Shown one piece after another: positions 28,836 through 38,444 of a DNA stretch of 64,000 bases. This DNA is from Candidatus Hadarchaeota archaeon (GTDB lineage: Archaea > CAYQAE01 > CAYVLA01): assembly GCA_964452145.1 (NCBI GenBank), contig CAYVLA010000004.1, forward strand, positions 39,980 through 103,979, read 5' to 3'. The position numbers and the translations under genes are program-made. The notes under the pieces were generated by a model. It searched no databases, had not been told where the DNA came from, and saw only the letters and a program-made list of their open reading frames with translations. Every line of letters starts with the position of its first letter. Position 1 is the stretch's first letter.

Positions 28836-29402
28836 ATGGCTGAAAATGAGATCGATGAGGATATCGGCCCCTGCGGGTTCGGGGTTTCGATGCGGACAAG
28901 AATGATGGTTGGAAGTACCATATTGCTTGTCGTGATGGTCGTGGCGTGTGGCTCCGGGATCTCTCGCCTAGGCAGTACGGATCTGTCTGTCAGGGCGCTG
29001 AGAGCGGCTAGGCATTGGACAGCGGGAACCTCAACGCTTTCGGACCTGTCAGCGCAGATCGCCGATAGGGTGATCTCGGTGCTTGATTTTTCACCCTACA
29101 TTCCTCCGGAAGATGCCGGCATGCTGGAGAACGCTGTTCGGCACGCGATCCGTGACGAAGTCAGAGGTGCCTTACAAGGAAGACGGGTGCAATGGAGCTA
29201 TTCTGATCCAGTTTGTGTCGGGTTCCCATTGTACAAGGTGCAATGTTCGACGGATGTTCTCATCAAGGTACAGATAGGATACGTTAAGGATGGGTCAAGG
29301 ACAATCTTCAATCAAACTCGGACGCTTCACATCAGCATCGATCTTGAGGTTGATGCAGACCGGATGAAATCTTGGGGCTGGATGGTCACTGCATGGTTCT
29401 AG
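28836..29402 (+). CDS. Hypothetical secreted/lipoprotein-like protein
   Basis: SD GAGGTGA; hydrophobic segment ending in VVACG. Confidence 0.65.
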   Translation: MAENEIDEDIGPCGFGVSMRTRMMVGSTILLVVMVVACGSGISRLGSTDLSVRALRAARHWTAGTSTLSDLSAQIADRVISVLDFSPYIPPEDAGMLENAVRHAIRDEVRGALQGRRVQWSYSDPVCVGFPLYKVQCSTDVLIKVQIGYVKDGSRTIFNQTRTLHISIDLEVDADRMKSWGWMVTAWF

Positions 29403-29722
29403 CGCCTCTTCACAGTCCAGGGTCACTGGTCGATGGCTACAAGTGGTGACGGATTGGGTGGTATTCGCCCGGCGTACTGAATGGGCCCCCAGGGCCTCAA
29501 ACATAGTGAATCAGCGAGTCCACCCGACTGGGCGGTCCTTCAAAGGCCTCTTCTCGCTAGGGTTTGGATTAGCTCTTCCTCCAGCTTCCTGAATGATCAC
29601 AACCTCAGTGCCCCCGCCTTTCTGCTCAACTGGCATGATTAGCTCCTGTGATTGGAAACACATGCCTGATATCTCCTCGAGTCGAGCCACATGAGTTGTC
29701 TTAGTCAACGATGAGGCGAGCT

Positions 29723-29838
29723 ATCGGATGCTTCATCTCGATGCCTCAACGCCATCTGGGTTGAAACCATAGTAATTCTATAGCTAACTTGGAACGATCG
29801 GCCTCTCTCCCAGCGCAGACGTTCAAACTCGTAGAAGG
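29723..29838. repeat. Direct repeat, copy B (~116 bp)
   Basis: Matches 24442..24552. Confidence 0.9.
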
Positions 29839-30046
29839 CATGGTGAACCAAGTTAATGACCCGTACGTCCCCATTCTGGGATCTACGTGGGGGAACGAAG
29901 GTCTGCCAAAACCCCTGTTGGGCATGGGACATCCTGCCATGAAGTGGATATCATCAGCTATGCCGTCACCCAGACTTCCTACATACATTACATTTCGAGA
30001 TATACTGGGGCGGATACACAGACAACGGGTGGTGGTTAGATTCCGC

Positions 30047-30410
30047 TTATCTCGTAACGACCGAGAGGGACGATGGAAGATCCGAGGTCGGAGCCGATTG
30101 GGTGGATTCAACATGACCAAGCTCCAAACGAAGGACGAACTCCAGGTCGAGTCCCGCCCCTGCTTTGAGAATCTCACCTAGTCCATCGACGAGATCCTGA
30201 AGCTCAGAGGGTTCGAGCTCTGCTTGAGCATACCGATGCTTAGCTGGAGGTGACAGCAGAGGTGGTTCCTTCGGGATGCCAAGCCGGATACTGGCCGCTT
30301 CGGACCAATCGCATGGCCATTGCCTTGAGTCCACCTCTCCATTGGCGAGCCTCCCTCGGATGGCTGCATCAATAGCATCCCTGACCCGGGACCAAGGCAA
30401 GGTTTGCCCT
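30047..30410 (-). pseudogene. Probable C-terminal fragment of a DUF499-type ATPase
   Basis: LPWSRVRDAIDAAIRGRL...WPCDWSEA...AELEPSELQDLVD.LGEILKA...LEFVLRLEL resembles DUF499 C-termini as recalled; no start codon or N-terminal part. Confidence 0.5.
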
Positions 30411-30444
30411 TGGGCGGCAGACGGTGTGCTACTAACCTCCGAGC

Positions 30445-32850
30445 CTACCAGGTGTAGTCTTCCGCCGGGGCCTTCTCCTTCCCGGTCACCTTCTCCAGGA
30501 TGATCCGCTGCTCGACGGAGGCCACCATCTTCTTGGTCGCCTTCACGGCATCCGGGTTCACCGACACCGAGTCTATCCCGGCCCGGACAAGGAAGTCTAC
30601 GAACTCCGGGTAGACCGACGGCGCCTGGCCACATATCGACACAGTCTTCCCGTCCTTGTGGGCCGCCTCGATCAGGTGGGCAATTGCCCGCTTCACGGCG
30701 AGGTTGCGCTCGTCGAAGATCTTGGCGACAGTTTCGTTGTCGCGATCCGCGCCAAGAATGGTCATGGTGAGGTCGTTGCTGCCAATGGAATAGCCGTCAA
30801 CAAACCTGTTGAACTGGTCGGCAAGAATGATGTTGGACGGAATCTCGGCCATGAGCCACACCTTGAAGTCGGGCCCACGTTTGAGCCCCTCCTCATCCAT
30901 GATCCTGACGACCTTCTCGCACTCCTCGACCGTCCTGCAGAACGGGATCATGACCCAGAGGTTGGTGAGGCCGAACTCCTCCCGAACCTTCTTGACCGCC
31001 TTCACCTCCAGGCGGAAGGCATCTATGTACTTGGGGTCGTAGTACCGTGAGGCTCCTCTCCAACCGAGCAGGGCACTGGGCTCAACTGGCTCGTACTTCT
31101 CGCCGCCCCGCAGGTTCCGGTACTCGGAGGTCTTGAAGTCGCTGAACCTCATCACAACCGGCCTGGGGGCCAGGCCGGCACAGGTCTGCCTGATGAACTC
31201 GGCAAGCTGGTCCACCACCTTCTCGGGGTGGCCCTCCTCGATCAGCTGAAGGGGGTGATCCCGGATGTAGTCCGTCCAGATGAACTCCTCCCTCATCAGT
31301 CCGATGCCGTCGCATGGCAGAGCACCGTGCTCGTCCTTGTACTCCACGCCGAGGTTCATGTAGACCTTGGTCCCGGTCACCGGTATGGCTTCGGTTGCCA
31401 CCACCGCTCCCGGAACGGCTGCGGCCTCGGCCTTCTTCACGGCCTCCTCCAAGATGCCTTCATAGACCACGCCGTTTTTCGCATCAACGGTCACCGACGC
31501 ACCGTCCTTGATGGCCTCGGTCGCCTTGTCGCCCTTGCTTCCGGTCGCCACGATGCAGGGTATCCCGAGCTCGCGGCTGACTATTGCAGCGTGGCAGGTC
31601 ATTCCCCCCGAGTTGGTCACGATGGCTTTGGCCTTCTTCATGGCGGGTACCCAGTCGGGGGCGGTCATCTCGGTCACCAGTATCTCGCCCTGCTTGAACT
31701 CGTTGATGCCCTCGACCGACATGATCACATGGGCCTTCCCGGCTGACAGGCCGGGGCTGGCAGGTAGTCCCCGGCAGAGCATCTTCCTCTCGGTCGTGAC
31801 GGCGGGACCTTCCTCCGCGGCCGGGGCCCCCTTCTGGGACCAGACGGTCTCGGGTCTGGCCTGAAGGATCCACAGCTTGCCGGTCCGCTCGTCAAGGCCC
31901 CACTCTATGTCCATGGGGCGGCCGTAGTGATTCTCGATATCGACGGAGTACTTGGCCAGCTCGACGATCTGCTCGTCGGTTAGGATCTGCACGTCCCTCT
32001 TGCCCTTGGGGACCTCTTGGTGTTCGACCCCGCCGCCGGGCTTCCTGACCAACATCTCGGTCTTGTGGCTGACCGACTTGCTCACGATCTTCAGATCGGC
32101 CTTGCTGACCAGGTACTCATCCGGGGTGATCTTGCCCTGAACCACATATTCCCCGAGGCCCCATCCCGCCTCGATGAGCACCACGTTCCTGTCCCCCGTG
32201 CTCACGTTCAAAGTGAATATCACGCCAGCCGACTTGGAGAAGACCATGAGCTGCACGACCGCGCTGAGCGCCACGGCCATGTGGTCAAACCCCTTCTGGA
32301 CCCTGTAGTAGATGGCTCTGTTGGTGAAAAGCGAGCTGTAGCACTCCTTGACCTTGTCCACCACCTCGTTGGCGCCGAGGACGTTGAGGTACGTCTCCTG
32401 CTGACCGGCGAAGCTCGCATCCGGGAGGTCCTCGGCCGTGGCACTCGATCTGACGGCAACGAAGGGCATCTGCTTGCTCTTGCTGTCCTTCTGGTATCTC
32501 CTGGTCAGCTCCTGGTATGCAGCCGCTATCTCGTCGGCCAGCTTCCTGGGCATCGTGGCATCGACGATGGTCCTGCGTATCCTCTCCCCCACGCTCTGCA
32601 GGGTTGGGGTATCCTCGGGGTCCTTCAGCTCGGAAAGTATGCCGGCGATCTTGCCCTCCAGCTTTGCCTCCTTCATGAAATTGCGATAAGCCGCCGCCGT
32701 CGTTGCGAAGCCGTATGGCACGGGGACCTTGGTCTTTGAGGTCATCTCTCCCAGAGAGGCCGACTTGCCTCCGACTAGGGGAACCTCTTCCTTTCCCAGC
32801 TCGTCGAACCACAGTACGAATCTCTTCTCCTTCGGTACGCTCGCAGCCAT
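30445..32850 (-). CDS. ppsA: Phosphoenolpyruvate synthase
   Basis: VGGKSASLGE, AVRSSATAED, phospho-His motif GGMTCHAAIVSRE, SIGSNDLT, CGQAPS. Confidence 0.97.
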   Translation of the reverse strand: MAASVPKEKRFVLWFDELGKEEVPLVGGKSASLGEMTSKTKVPVPYGFATTAAAYRNFMKEAKLEGKIAGILSELKDPEDTPTLQSVGERIRRTIVDATMPRKLADEIAAAYQELTRRYQKDSKSKQMPFVAVRSSATAEDLPDASFAGQQETYLNVLGANEVVDKVKECYSSLFTNRAIYYRVQKGFDHMAVALSAVVQLMVFSKSAGVIFTLNVSTGDRNVVLIEAGWGLGEYVVQGKITPDEYLVSKADLKIVSKSVSHKTEMLVRKPGGGVEHQEVPKGKRDVQILTDEQIVELAKYSVDIENHYGRPMDIEWGLDERTGKLWILQARPETVWSQKGAPAAEEGPAVTTERKMLCRGLPASPGLSAGKAHVIMSVEGINEFKQGEILVTEMTAPDWVPAMKKAKAIVTNSGGMTCHAAIVSRELGIPCIVATGSKGDKATEAIKDGASVTVDAKNGVVYEGILEEAVKKAEAAAVPGAVVATEAIPVTGTKVYMNLGVEYKDEHGALPCDGIGLMREEFIWTDYIRDHPLQLIEEGHPEKVVDQLAEFIRQTCAGLAPRPVVMRFSDFKTSEYRNLRGGEKYEPVEPSALLGWRGASRYYDPKYIDAFRLEVKAVKKVREEFGLTNLWVMIPFCRTVEECEKVVRIMDEEGLKRGPDFKVWLMAEIPSNIILADQFNRFVDGYSIGSNDLTMTILGADRDNETVAKIFDERNLAVKRAIAHLIEAAHKDGKTVSICGQAPSVYPEFVDFLVRAGIDSVSVNPDAVKATKKMVASVEQRIILEKVTGKEKAPAEDYTW

Positions 32851-33091
32851 ATTCCCACCACAAGAGAGGAAAGATCAAACCGCGGCGCGGCAAACCAGAG
32901 ATCGCTGGCCGCGGTTGTTCGCCGCGGGGTCCGCCGGAAGTCTATTAAATGTTTATTTAGGGGCCGGGAATGCTTTCGGAAGCTTCTCGACCGATCATCG
33001 CCCTAAAGGGCGGTCGGCAATGGCTCCGCTGTGTCCACCCTCGTCAAGGATCGCGCCAAACGAATGATTAAAACACTGCGCCGCCCACCGA

Positions 33092-34075
33092 ATGACGATC
33101 GGAATGCGCAAACCCGACCCAGAGTCCCGCCTCACAACGGCGATGGTCTTCCTCCTGGCAGTAACCGTGATCGGTGGAGGAGCCCTCCTGATGCTCGCCA
33201 ACTCCGGCCTCAAGATCAGATTGGATGAAAACGTGCAGACGATGGAGAACCTGTCCTCCCAAGTCGAGTCCCTGAGCAGCGAGAATGCAAACCTCCGCAC
33301 CCAGAATGAGCATCTGCGCACAACCATCGAGGAGTACCAGCAAAGGGTAAGGAACTACCAGGACGAGATCTACGAGCTTCGCAGACTGGCCAACGTGACC
33401 GGCAACGAGACAAGTCTGGATCGAACGACAAGCGTGTCGGTCTTGGCGCCCGCAGTCAAAGCCGTGGTGCGCACGGACCCGTTCTGGGGCACACAGACCG
33501 TGGTGGGATACGTAGGCGTTCCCACTATCCTCACGCTCGAGGCCATCCCGGGGAAGGGGAGAGTTCTTGTAAACACGGAGCCAGCCATGGGAGAGGTCTT
33601 CCAAGACACCGCAGTCACGGCCAAGGAGACGGCTGAGAAGATCAGCGGCATGGTCCTCGGCGGCTACGACCTCATCTTCTCCATACAGGCACAGGACAAG
33701 ATCCCCTCGGTGGACGGGCCGAGCGCGGGAGCCGCCATGGCAATGCTCGTGCTCGCACTGATGGAAGGCAGCACAGTGAACCCAGGCGTTGCGATAAGCG
33801 GTGCGATCTCCCCCGACGGGAAGATCGGAGGCGTGGGGGGGGTGATCGAGAAGGCGCAGGCTGCCAGTCAGGCGGGAGCCAGCGTGTTCTGCATACCCAG
33901 GGAGAACGAATACACACAGGTCAAGCATACCCAACGCATCGGCCGCTTCACGGTCTACGAGTACTACACCCGGGAGAAGACCGCCGACCTCATCGCGGAG
34001 GAAACGGATCTGCAAGTCATCTTGGTCAGCGACATCAAAGACCTGGTCAGGATAGCCACATATAAGGATGGCTAG
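33092..34075 (+). CDS. Membrane-anchored Lon-like S16 serine protease with coiled coil and no ATPase domain
   Basis: N-terminal TM, coiled coil, and Ser-Lys dyad DGPSAG / GGVIEK. Confidence 0.9.
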   Translation: MTIGMRKPDPESRLTTAMVFLLAVTVIGGGALLMLANSGLKIRLDENVQTMENLSSQVESLSSENANLRTQNEHLRTTIEEYQQRVRNYQDEIYELRRLANVTGNETSLDRTTSVSVLAPAVKAVVRTDPFWGTQTVVGYVGVPTILTLEAIPGKGRVLVNTEPAMGEVFQDTAVTAKETAEKISGMVLGGYDLIFSIQAQDKIPSVDGPSAGAAMAMLVLALMEGSTVNPGVAISGAISPDGKIGGVGGVIEKAQAASQAGASVFCIPRENEYTQVKHTQRIGRFTVYEYYTREKTADLIAEETDLQVILVSDIKDLVRIATYKDG

Positions 34076-34090
34076 GCAGGCAACGCCGGG

Positions 34091-35497
34091 ATGACACCAA
34101 GACCCATTGCCCGCATCACGCTGCTGCGAGAGAGAGGCGAGCTGAAGATAGAGACCGATCCCCCGACAAGAATCCCAATACGTGGCGGGATAGACATGCT
34201 TCGCATGGGCAGCGAACGCGGGACCTACACCTGCCTGCCCACCCACTTCCGCGACCTGAAGATCCGCCTGGAGGAGGCGGGTTTTCAGATTCAGACCTCG
34301 CTGGAGGATCGAGTTCCCTTGCCCTTTCAGGTGCGGATGACGATAGACGCCAGGCCCTATCAGGAGCAGGCATTCCTAAGGTGGAAGGATGCCGGTTTCA
34401 GGGGGGTCGTGGTAATGCCGACCGGCGCGGGCAAGACCTTCGTGGCGCTTAAGGCTCTCGCCGAGATTGGCGAATGCAGCCTGATCATCGTCCCCACTAT
34501 TGATCTGATGCACCAGTGGCACAGGAACATCTGCAGCGTCCTCGGCCTTGAGCCGAGCCAGGTGTCCATGTGGGGCGGAGGACAGCACGACCTAGGGCCC
34601 ATCACGGTCATGACGTACGAATCCGGCACGCTGTACGCCCGCGCGATCGCCGATCGTTTCGGACTCATCGTATTCGACGAGGTTCATCACCTTCCGGCCG
34701 AATCATACAGGACCATAGCCGAGTTGTCAATGGCCTCCAAGCGCATGGGGCTGACCGCGACCCCGGAGAGGGTCGACGGCTTGGAGACCGACCTTCAGGT
34801 GCTGGTGGGGAGAACCGTATACTCCGTCTCCAAAGAGGAGTTGGAGAGGAAGAGCTACGTGGCAAGCTTTCGGCAGGAAAGAGTCCTCGTCGATCTAACG
34901 CCTCAGGAACGCACCGAGTACGAGAGGCTTTGGCGCGCATACAAACAGAACCTCAGGGCAGTCTTTGCCAAGACCAGGGGATTCCGGGGGAACCCGATCC
35001 AGATGCTTGTCAGGCGACTGCCTTTCGATCCGCATGCCCGGATAGCGCTGGACTCTTGGAGAAGGGGCCGGAGGATCGCGTTGGAGGCAGACTCCAAGGT
35101 GGACCAGGTTGAGAGGCTTCTGAAGAGATACAAGGAACGCAAGGTGTTGATCTTCTCGGAGTACATCTCGATCGTCAACCGGATCTCCAGAAGGTTCGGC
35201 ATAGCCAAGATCACGTCCACGACCAGCTTGGCCGAGAGAAAGAGAGTACTCCAGCTCTTCCGCGAGGGGAGGATTACCAAGCTTGTCTCGGGAAAAGTCC
35301 TCGACGAGGGGGTCGACGTCCCTGATGCCAGCGTCGGAATAATCGTTTCCGGAAGCTCGACCAAGAGGCAGTACATACAGCGACTCGGCCGAATCCTTCG
35401 ACCGAAGGACATCCAAGCGGTTCTGATAGAGATCGTCTCCGTGAAGACCACGGAGATGCAGGCCTCCGAGAGACGCAAGAGACCAATTCGGGTATGA
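34091..35497 (+). CDS. xpb: XPB/Rad25-like SF2 helicase
   Basis: RPYQ, PTGAGKT, DEVHH, GLTATPER, LDEGVDVP, QRLGRILR. Confidence 0.92.
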   Translation: MTPRPIARITLLRERGELKIETDPPTRIPIRGGIDMLRMGSERGTYTCLPTHFRDLKIRLEEAGFQIQTSLEDRVPLPFQVRMTIDARPYQEQAFLRWKDAGFRGVVVMPTGAGKTFVALKALAEIGECSLIIVPTIDLMHQWHRNICSVLGLEPSQVSMWGGGQHDLGPITVMTYESGTLYARAIADRFGLIVFDEVHHLPAESYRTIAELSMASKRMGLTATPERVDGLETDLQVLVGRTVYSVSKEELERKSYVASFRQERVLVDLTPQERTEYERLWRAYKQNLRAVFAKTRGFRGNPIQMLVRRLPFDPHARIALDSWRRGRRIALEADSKVDQVERLLKRYKERKVLIFSEYISIVNRISRRFGIAKITSTTSLAERKRVLQLFREGRITKLVSGKVLDEGVDVPDASVGIIVSGSSTKRQYIQRLGRILRPKDIQAVLIEIVSVKTTEMQASERRKRPIRV

Positions 35498-35562
35498 AGG
35501 ATCATTCGCAGTCACCCCTGATCCGAAGAGCAAATATCTAAGAGGCCGTCCGACGGAGCGGA

Positions 35563-37926
35563 ATGGACCTCGTGGCCCAGATGAGCTGCTCATGCGGCCT
35601 ATGCCGCGAACTCAGAACGCTTTGCGAACGGGCCCTCCTTGAGAGAAGGGCCGAGGACCCCGAGTTGCTGGATGCCGTCTCGAAGTTGAGGGATCTTTGC
35701 GACTCGGCGGGGGATCTTACCGACGCGGGGGAAGAGGAGGCCGAGCAGATCCGTGGCCAGATCAGGCGGATACGCGAGCTGTGTAGAGACGAGGATCTCC
35801 GGACGAGGGCCGACTGGGCCCTGGAGGAGTACATCTCAGTGGCCGAGCTGATCGGGGAACTCGACGCGGTCCTGTCCAAACCCAAGTACGTCTCACAAGT
35901 CGTGGGCCGCCTGGCCGAGCTGTCCCAGGATGCCATCGACCTTCTGCCCTTCAGACCCAAGGGCAGCTACACGGTCGAGATCCTCGAGATGCACGGCAGG
36001 AGAGCCATTGCCAGGATCAGCACCGAGATAGGCACCCACCAGAAGGCCATCTACATCCTCCTCTTTCTCGATCTAAGCGGCCGTCAGGACCACCCCCGGG
36101 TATCGGTGGCAAAGGGCATCGTGGAGACGGACACCCCGCTGGAGCCAAGCATGAGAACAGAGGCCTTCAAGGACAGGATCTATGACCGGATAGAGATCAA
36201 GCTTCTACACGAAAGATACAGCGAGCTCTCGCTGCCTCCCGAGGCGGTGGAAGCCATCGTGGCCGGAAGCGCCTGGTACTCGGAGCTCACCAACGTCGTG
36301 GTCATGCCTCCCCTGTCCGAGATCGTGCAGAACTTCAGACCTCACAGGGGGACTCCGACCTACGAGGAGGTAGAGAGGCTGGAAGACGAGATCCGCCCCA
36401 CAGTTCTTGGTTACCTCTTCAGGCGGGTCCAATCCCTCCACCAGCAGATCGCCGATCTGAGGGCATCGGGAACGGACGAGCAGACAACGATGGAGCTCAA
36501 CCGCAAACTCGAGGAGCGAAACATGCTCTTCGGCATGATGAAGCTCCGCCTGGCTCTCGGCCAAACCACCACCATTCACATCCACGATCACACAATTCAG
36601 AAAGCCAGCACGATGCCTCTGCCTCACACCATCGACGCACACATCAAGACTTGGGAGGAGGACCCCTGTCTCGCCAGGCTTCTCAGCAAGGCGATCCTCG
36701 AGCTTCAGAAGCAGGAGATCCTTGAGCATACGATAATGGAGGTCAGGTCTGTCCTGCTCCCAAGGCCCAAGGTCGTCCCCCCTGAAAGGATCGAGGCACA
36801 GGCCGTACTGGAGAAATACCCAATCCCGGAGAGGCAGACCGTCTTAGCCTACAGCGGAGGCAGATTGGTCGCAGAGAGGAGGCAGCTCACGAAGTCGCTC
36901 GGGCTCAACGAGGTCCTAGTAAGGGTGCTGTCCTCGGCCGTCGATGTGGACGAGTGCGAGCAGGCAGGCGGACGGGACGGCCTCATCCCGGGTGACAAGT
37001 TCTCGGGGGTCGTCGCCGCCCTGGGCCGTGACGTCAAGGGGCTTACGGTCGGGGACATGGTGGTAGGCGTGCCGATACTGAGATGCGGGAAGTGCCCCAA
37101 CTGCATGGAAAGCGGGGCCTGCAGTGAGCCCCAGAAGCTGGGGGCGGACGCGGACGGATCGCACGTCCAGTTCGTAAAGATCCCGGACGAGAACGTGTTG
37201 CGGATCCCGGCAGGCAGGATAAACCTGGACTCCCGCCCCGATGCGGCCTGCCTGGCCGAGGCGTTGGCCATAGCCGAGCATGCAATAGCGAAGAGCACCG
37301 TTTTCACCAAGAAGGGCATCATGGACTACCAGCTCAGAAAGCCGATCCTCATCCTGGGCACCAATCTCGTCGCATTGAGCATACTCCAGAGGCTTGCGGA
37401 GGGTTACTCCGACAGGATAATCGTCGTCGACTACAGCGAGGAGAAGCTCCAGAGGCTGAAAGGGCTACCCGACTCTTCCGATCTCCTCGGTAGGAGGATT
37501 TACCCGGTCCTTGCCACATCGGTTAGCGATACTGTCCGAAAGATCCTCGAGCTTGCGGGGAGAAGGATACGCATGATCTTCAATGCCATTGGGTCCAGAC
37601 GAAGCATGGAGGTCGCCTACCGGGTCACGGACATATACGCCATCCTTGTCAACGTGGCCTACTCAACCGAGGACGTGGGGGGGCTGCATTCTCTGATAGA
37701 GGGTAGGAAGGTCACGATCTACGACTGCCCTATGGTGCCTTTCGACGAGCTTAAGGTCTACATGGAGATGGCCCTCATCTCTATGAGCTACTCCAAGCTG
37801 GAGCCCTGGAGGTTCAAGGCCCTAAGGCTACCGATGCTCAACGCACCACCCATCTTGGAGAAGATGCGAGCAGGGGACCCCCAGCTGATGGGATTGAGCC
37901 AGGTCACCATACGACCCAACGCCTGA
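35563..37926 (+). CDS. Unknown N-terminal region fused to a degenerate zinc-dependent MDR/ADH domain
   Basis: C-terminal half has EVLVRV, PGDKFSGVV, VGDMV and CGKCPNC..C; the N-terminal ~420 aa are unrecognised. Confidence 0.8.
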   Translation: MDLVAQMSCSCGLCRELRTLCERALLERRAEDPELLDAVSKLRDLCDSAGDLTDAGEEEAEQIRGQIRRIRELCRDEDLRTRADWALEEYISVAELIGELDAVLSKPKYVSQVVGRLAELSQDAIDLLPFRPKGSYTVEILEMHGRRAIARISTEIGTHQKAIYILLFLDLSGRQDHPRVSVAKGIVETDTPLEPSMRTEAFKDRIYDRIEIKLLHERYSELSLPPEAVEAIVAGSAWYSELTNVVVMPPLSEIVQNFRPHRGTPTYEEVERLEDEIRPTVLGYLFRRVQSLHQQIADLRASGTDEQTTMELNRKLEERNMLFGMMKLRLALGQTTTIHIHDHTIQKASTMPLPHTIDAHIKTWEEDPCLARLLSKAILELQKQEILEHTIMEVRSVLLPRPKVVPPERIEAQAVLEKYPIPERQTVLAYSGGRLVAERRQLTKSLGLNEVLVRVLSSAVDVDECEQAGGRDGLIPGDKFSGVVAALGRDVKGLTVGDMVVGVPILRCGKCPNCMESGACSEPQKLGADADGSHVQFVKIPDENVLRIPAGRINLDSRPDAACLAEALAIAEHAIAKSTVFTKKGIMDYQLRKPILILGTNLVALSILQRLAEGYSDRIIVVDYSEEKLQRLKGLPDSSDLLGRRIYPVLATSVSDTVRKILELAGRRIRMIFNAIGSRRSMEVAYRVTDIYAILVNVAYSTEDVGGLHSLIEGRKVTIYDCPMVPFDELKVYMEMALISMSYSKLEPWRFKALRLPMLNAPPILEKMRAGDPQLMGLSQVTIRPNA

Positions 37927-38181
37927 CCCATTCACCCTGCTATGCGGACCCGAGGGGTCCACCGCGCACCTCGACCGGATGCAAGGCATGTAGGAGAGGT
38001 AGAACACGACGTGACATCAGCTCGGATGGCATAGAACCGAGGTGGGTGGGCCCGCCAGCCTGCCGGACGACTCCGGGCTGAGAAGGAATAGCCCTTCTCC
38101 TCTTAGGGCTCTTTAAGGGATCGACCTCGGACACGGTGGTCACTCCATAAGACTCTTAGGTGCCGGGATCTTGGGAGAACC

Positions 38182-38400
38182 ATGCGATTGGTTCTGCTGC
38201 TGCTCGGCATCTGGATGGCGCCCGGAGCGATGGCTGTCACCGAACTCCGTGGCGGAATCGGACTGATGCTTCTCGGAGATGTTGGGAGGGGAGGGGTCCC
38301 CCGTGGATGGCTGGCTGGATCAAGACCTGATAATCGACTACTTCTCGATACCGATGGCCCAGAGGCAGCTGCCTGACGAAGCCCAGTCCCAGTCCCAGTC
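38182..38400 (+). pseudogene. Frameshifted, truncated third member of the 69/10608 paralog family
   Basis: Signal peptide, then MLLGD / (frameshift in G-rich run) SPVDGWLDQDLIIDYFSIP..EAQ, aligning to ILLAGD..CPV..DPAFDYTPI..EAQ; ends at (CCCAGT)3. Confidence 0.65.
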
Positions 38401-38438
38401 CGAAATCTTTTTAAATCAAAAGCAGGCCCTTTTTAAGT
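38401..38438 (+). promoter_or_regulatory. tbp promoter: BRE/TATA plus a second TATA-like box
   Basis: CGAAA-TCTTTTTAAA at 38401-38415, and CTTTTTAAG again at 38429-38437. Confidence 0.6.
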
Positions 38439-38444
38439 CGGGTC

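Noticed and set aside
32991..33017. CGCCC-TAAA-GGGCG hairpin like IS200/IS605 ends
   Set aside because: Single short copy with no tnpA, tnpB or iscB nearby.
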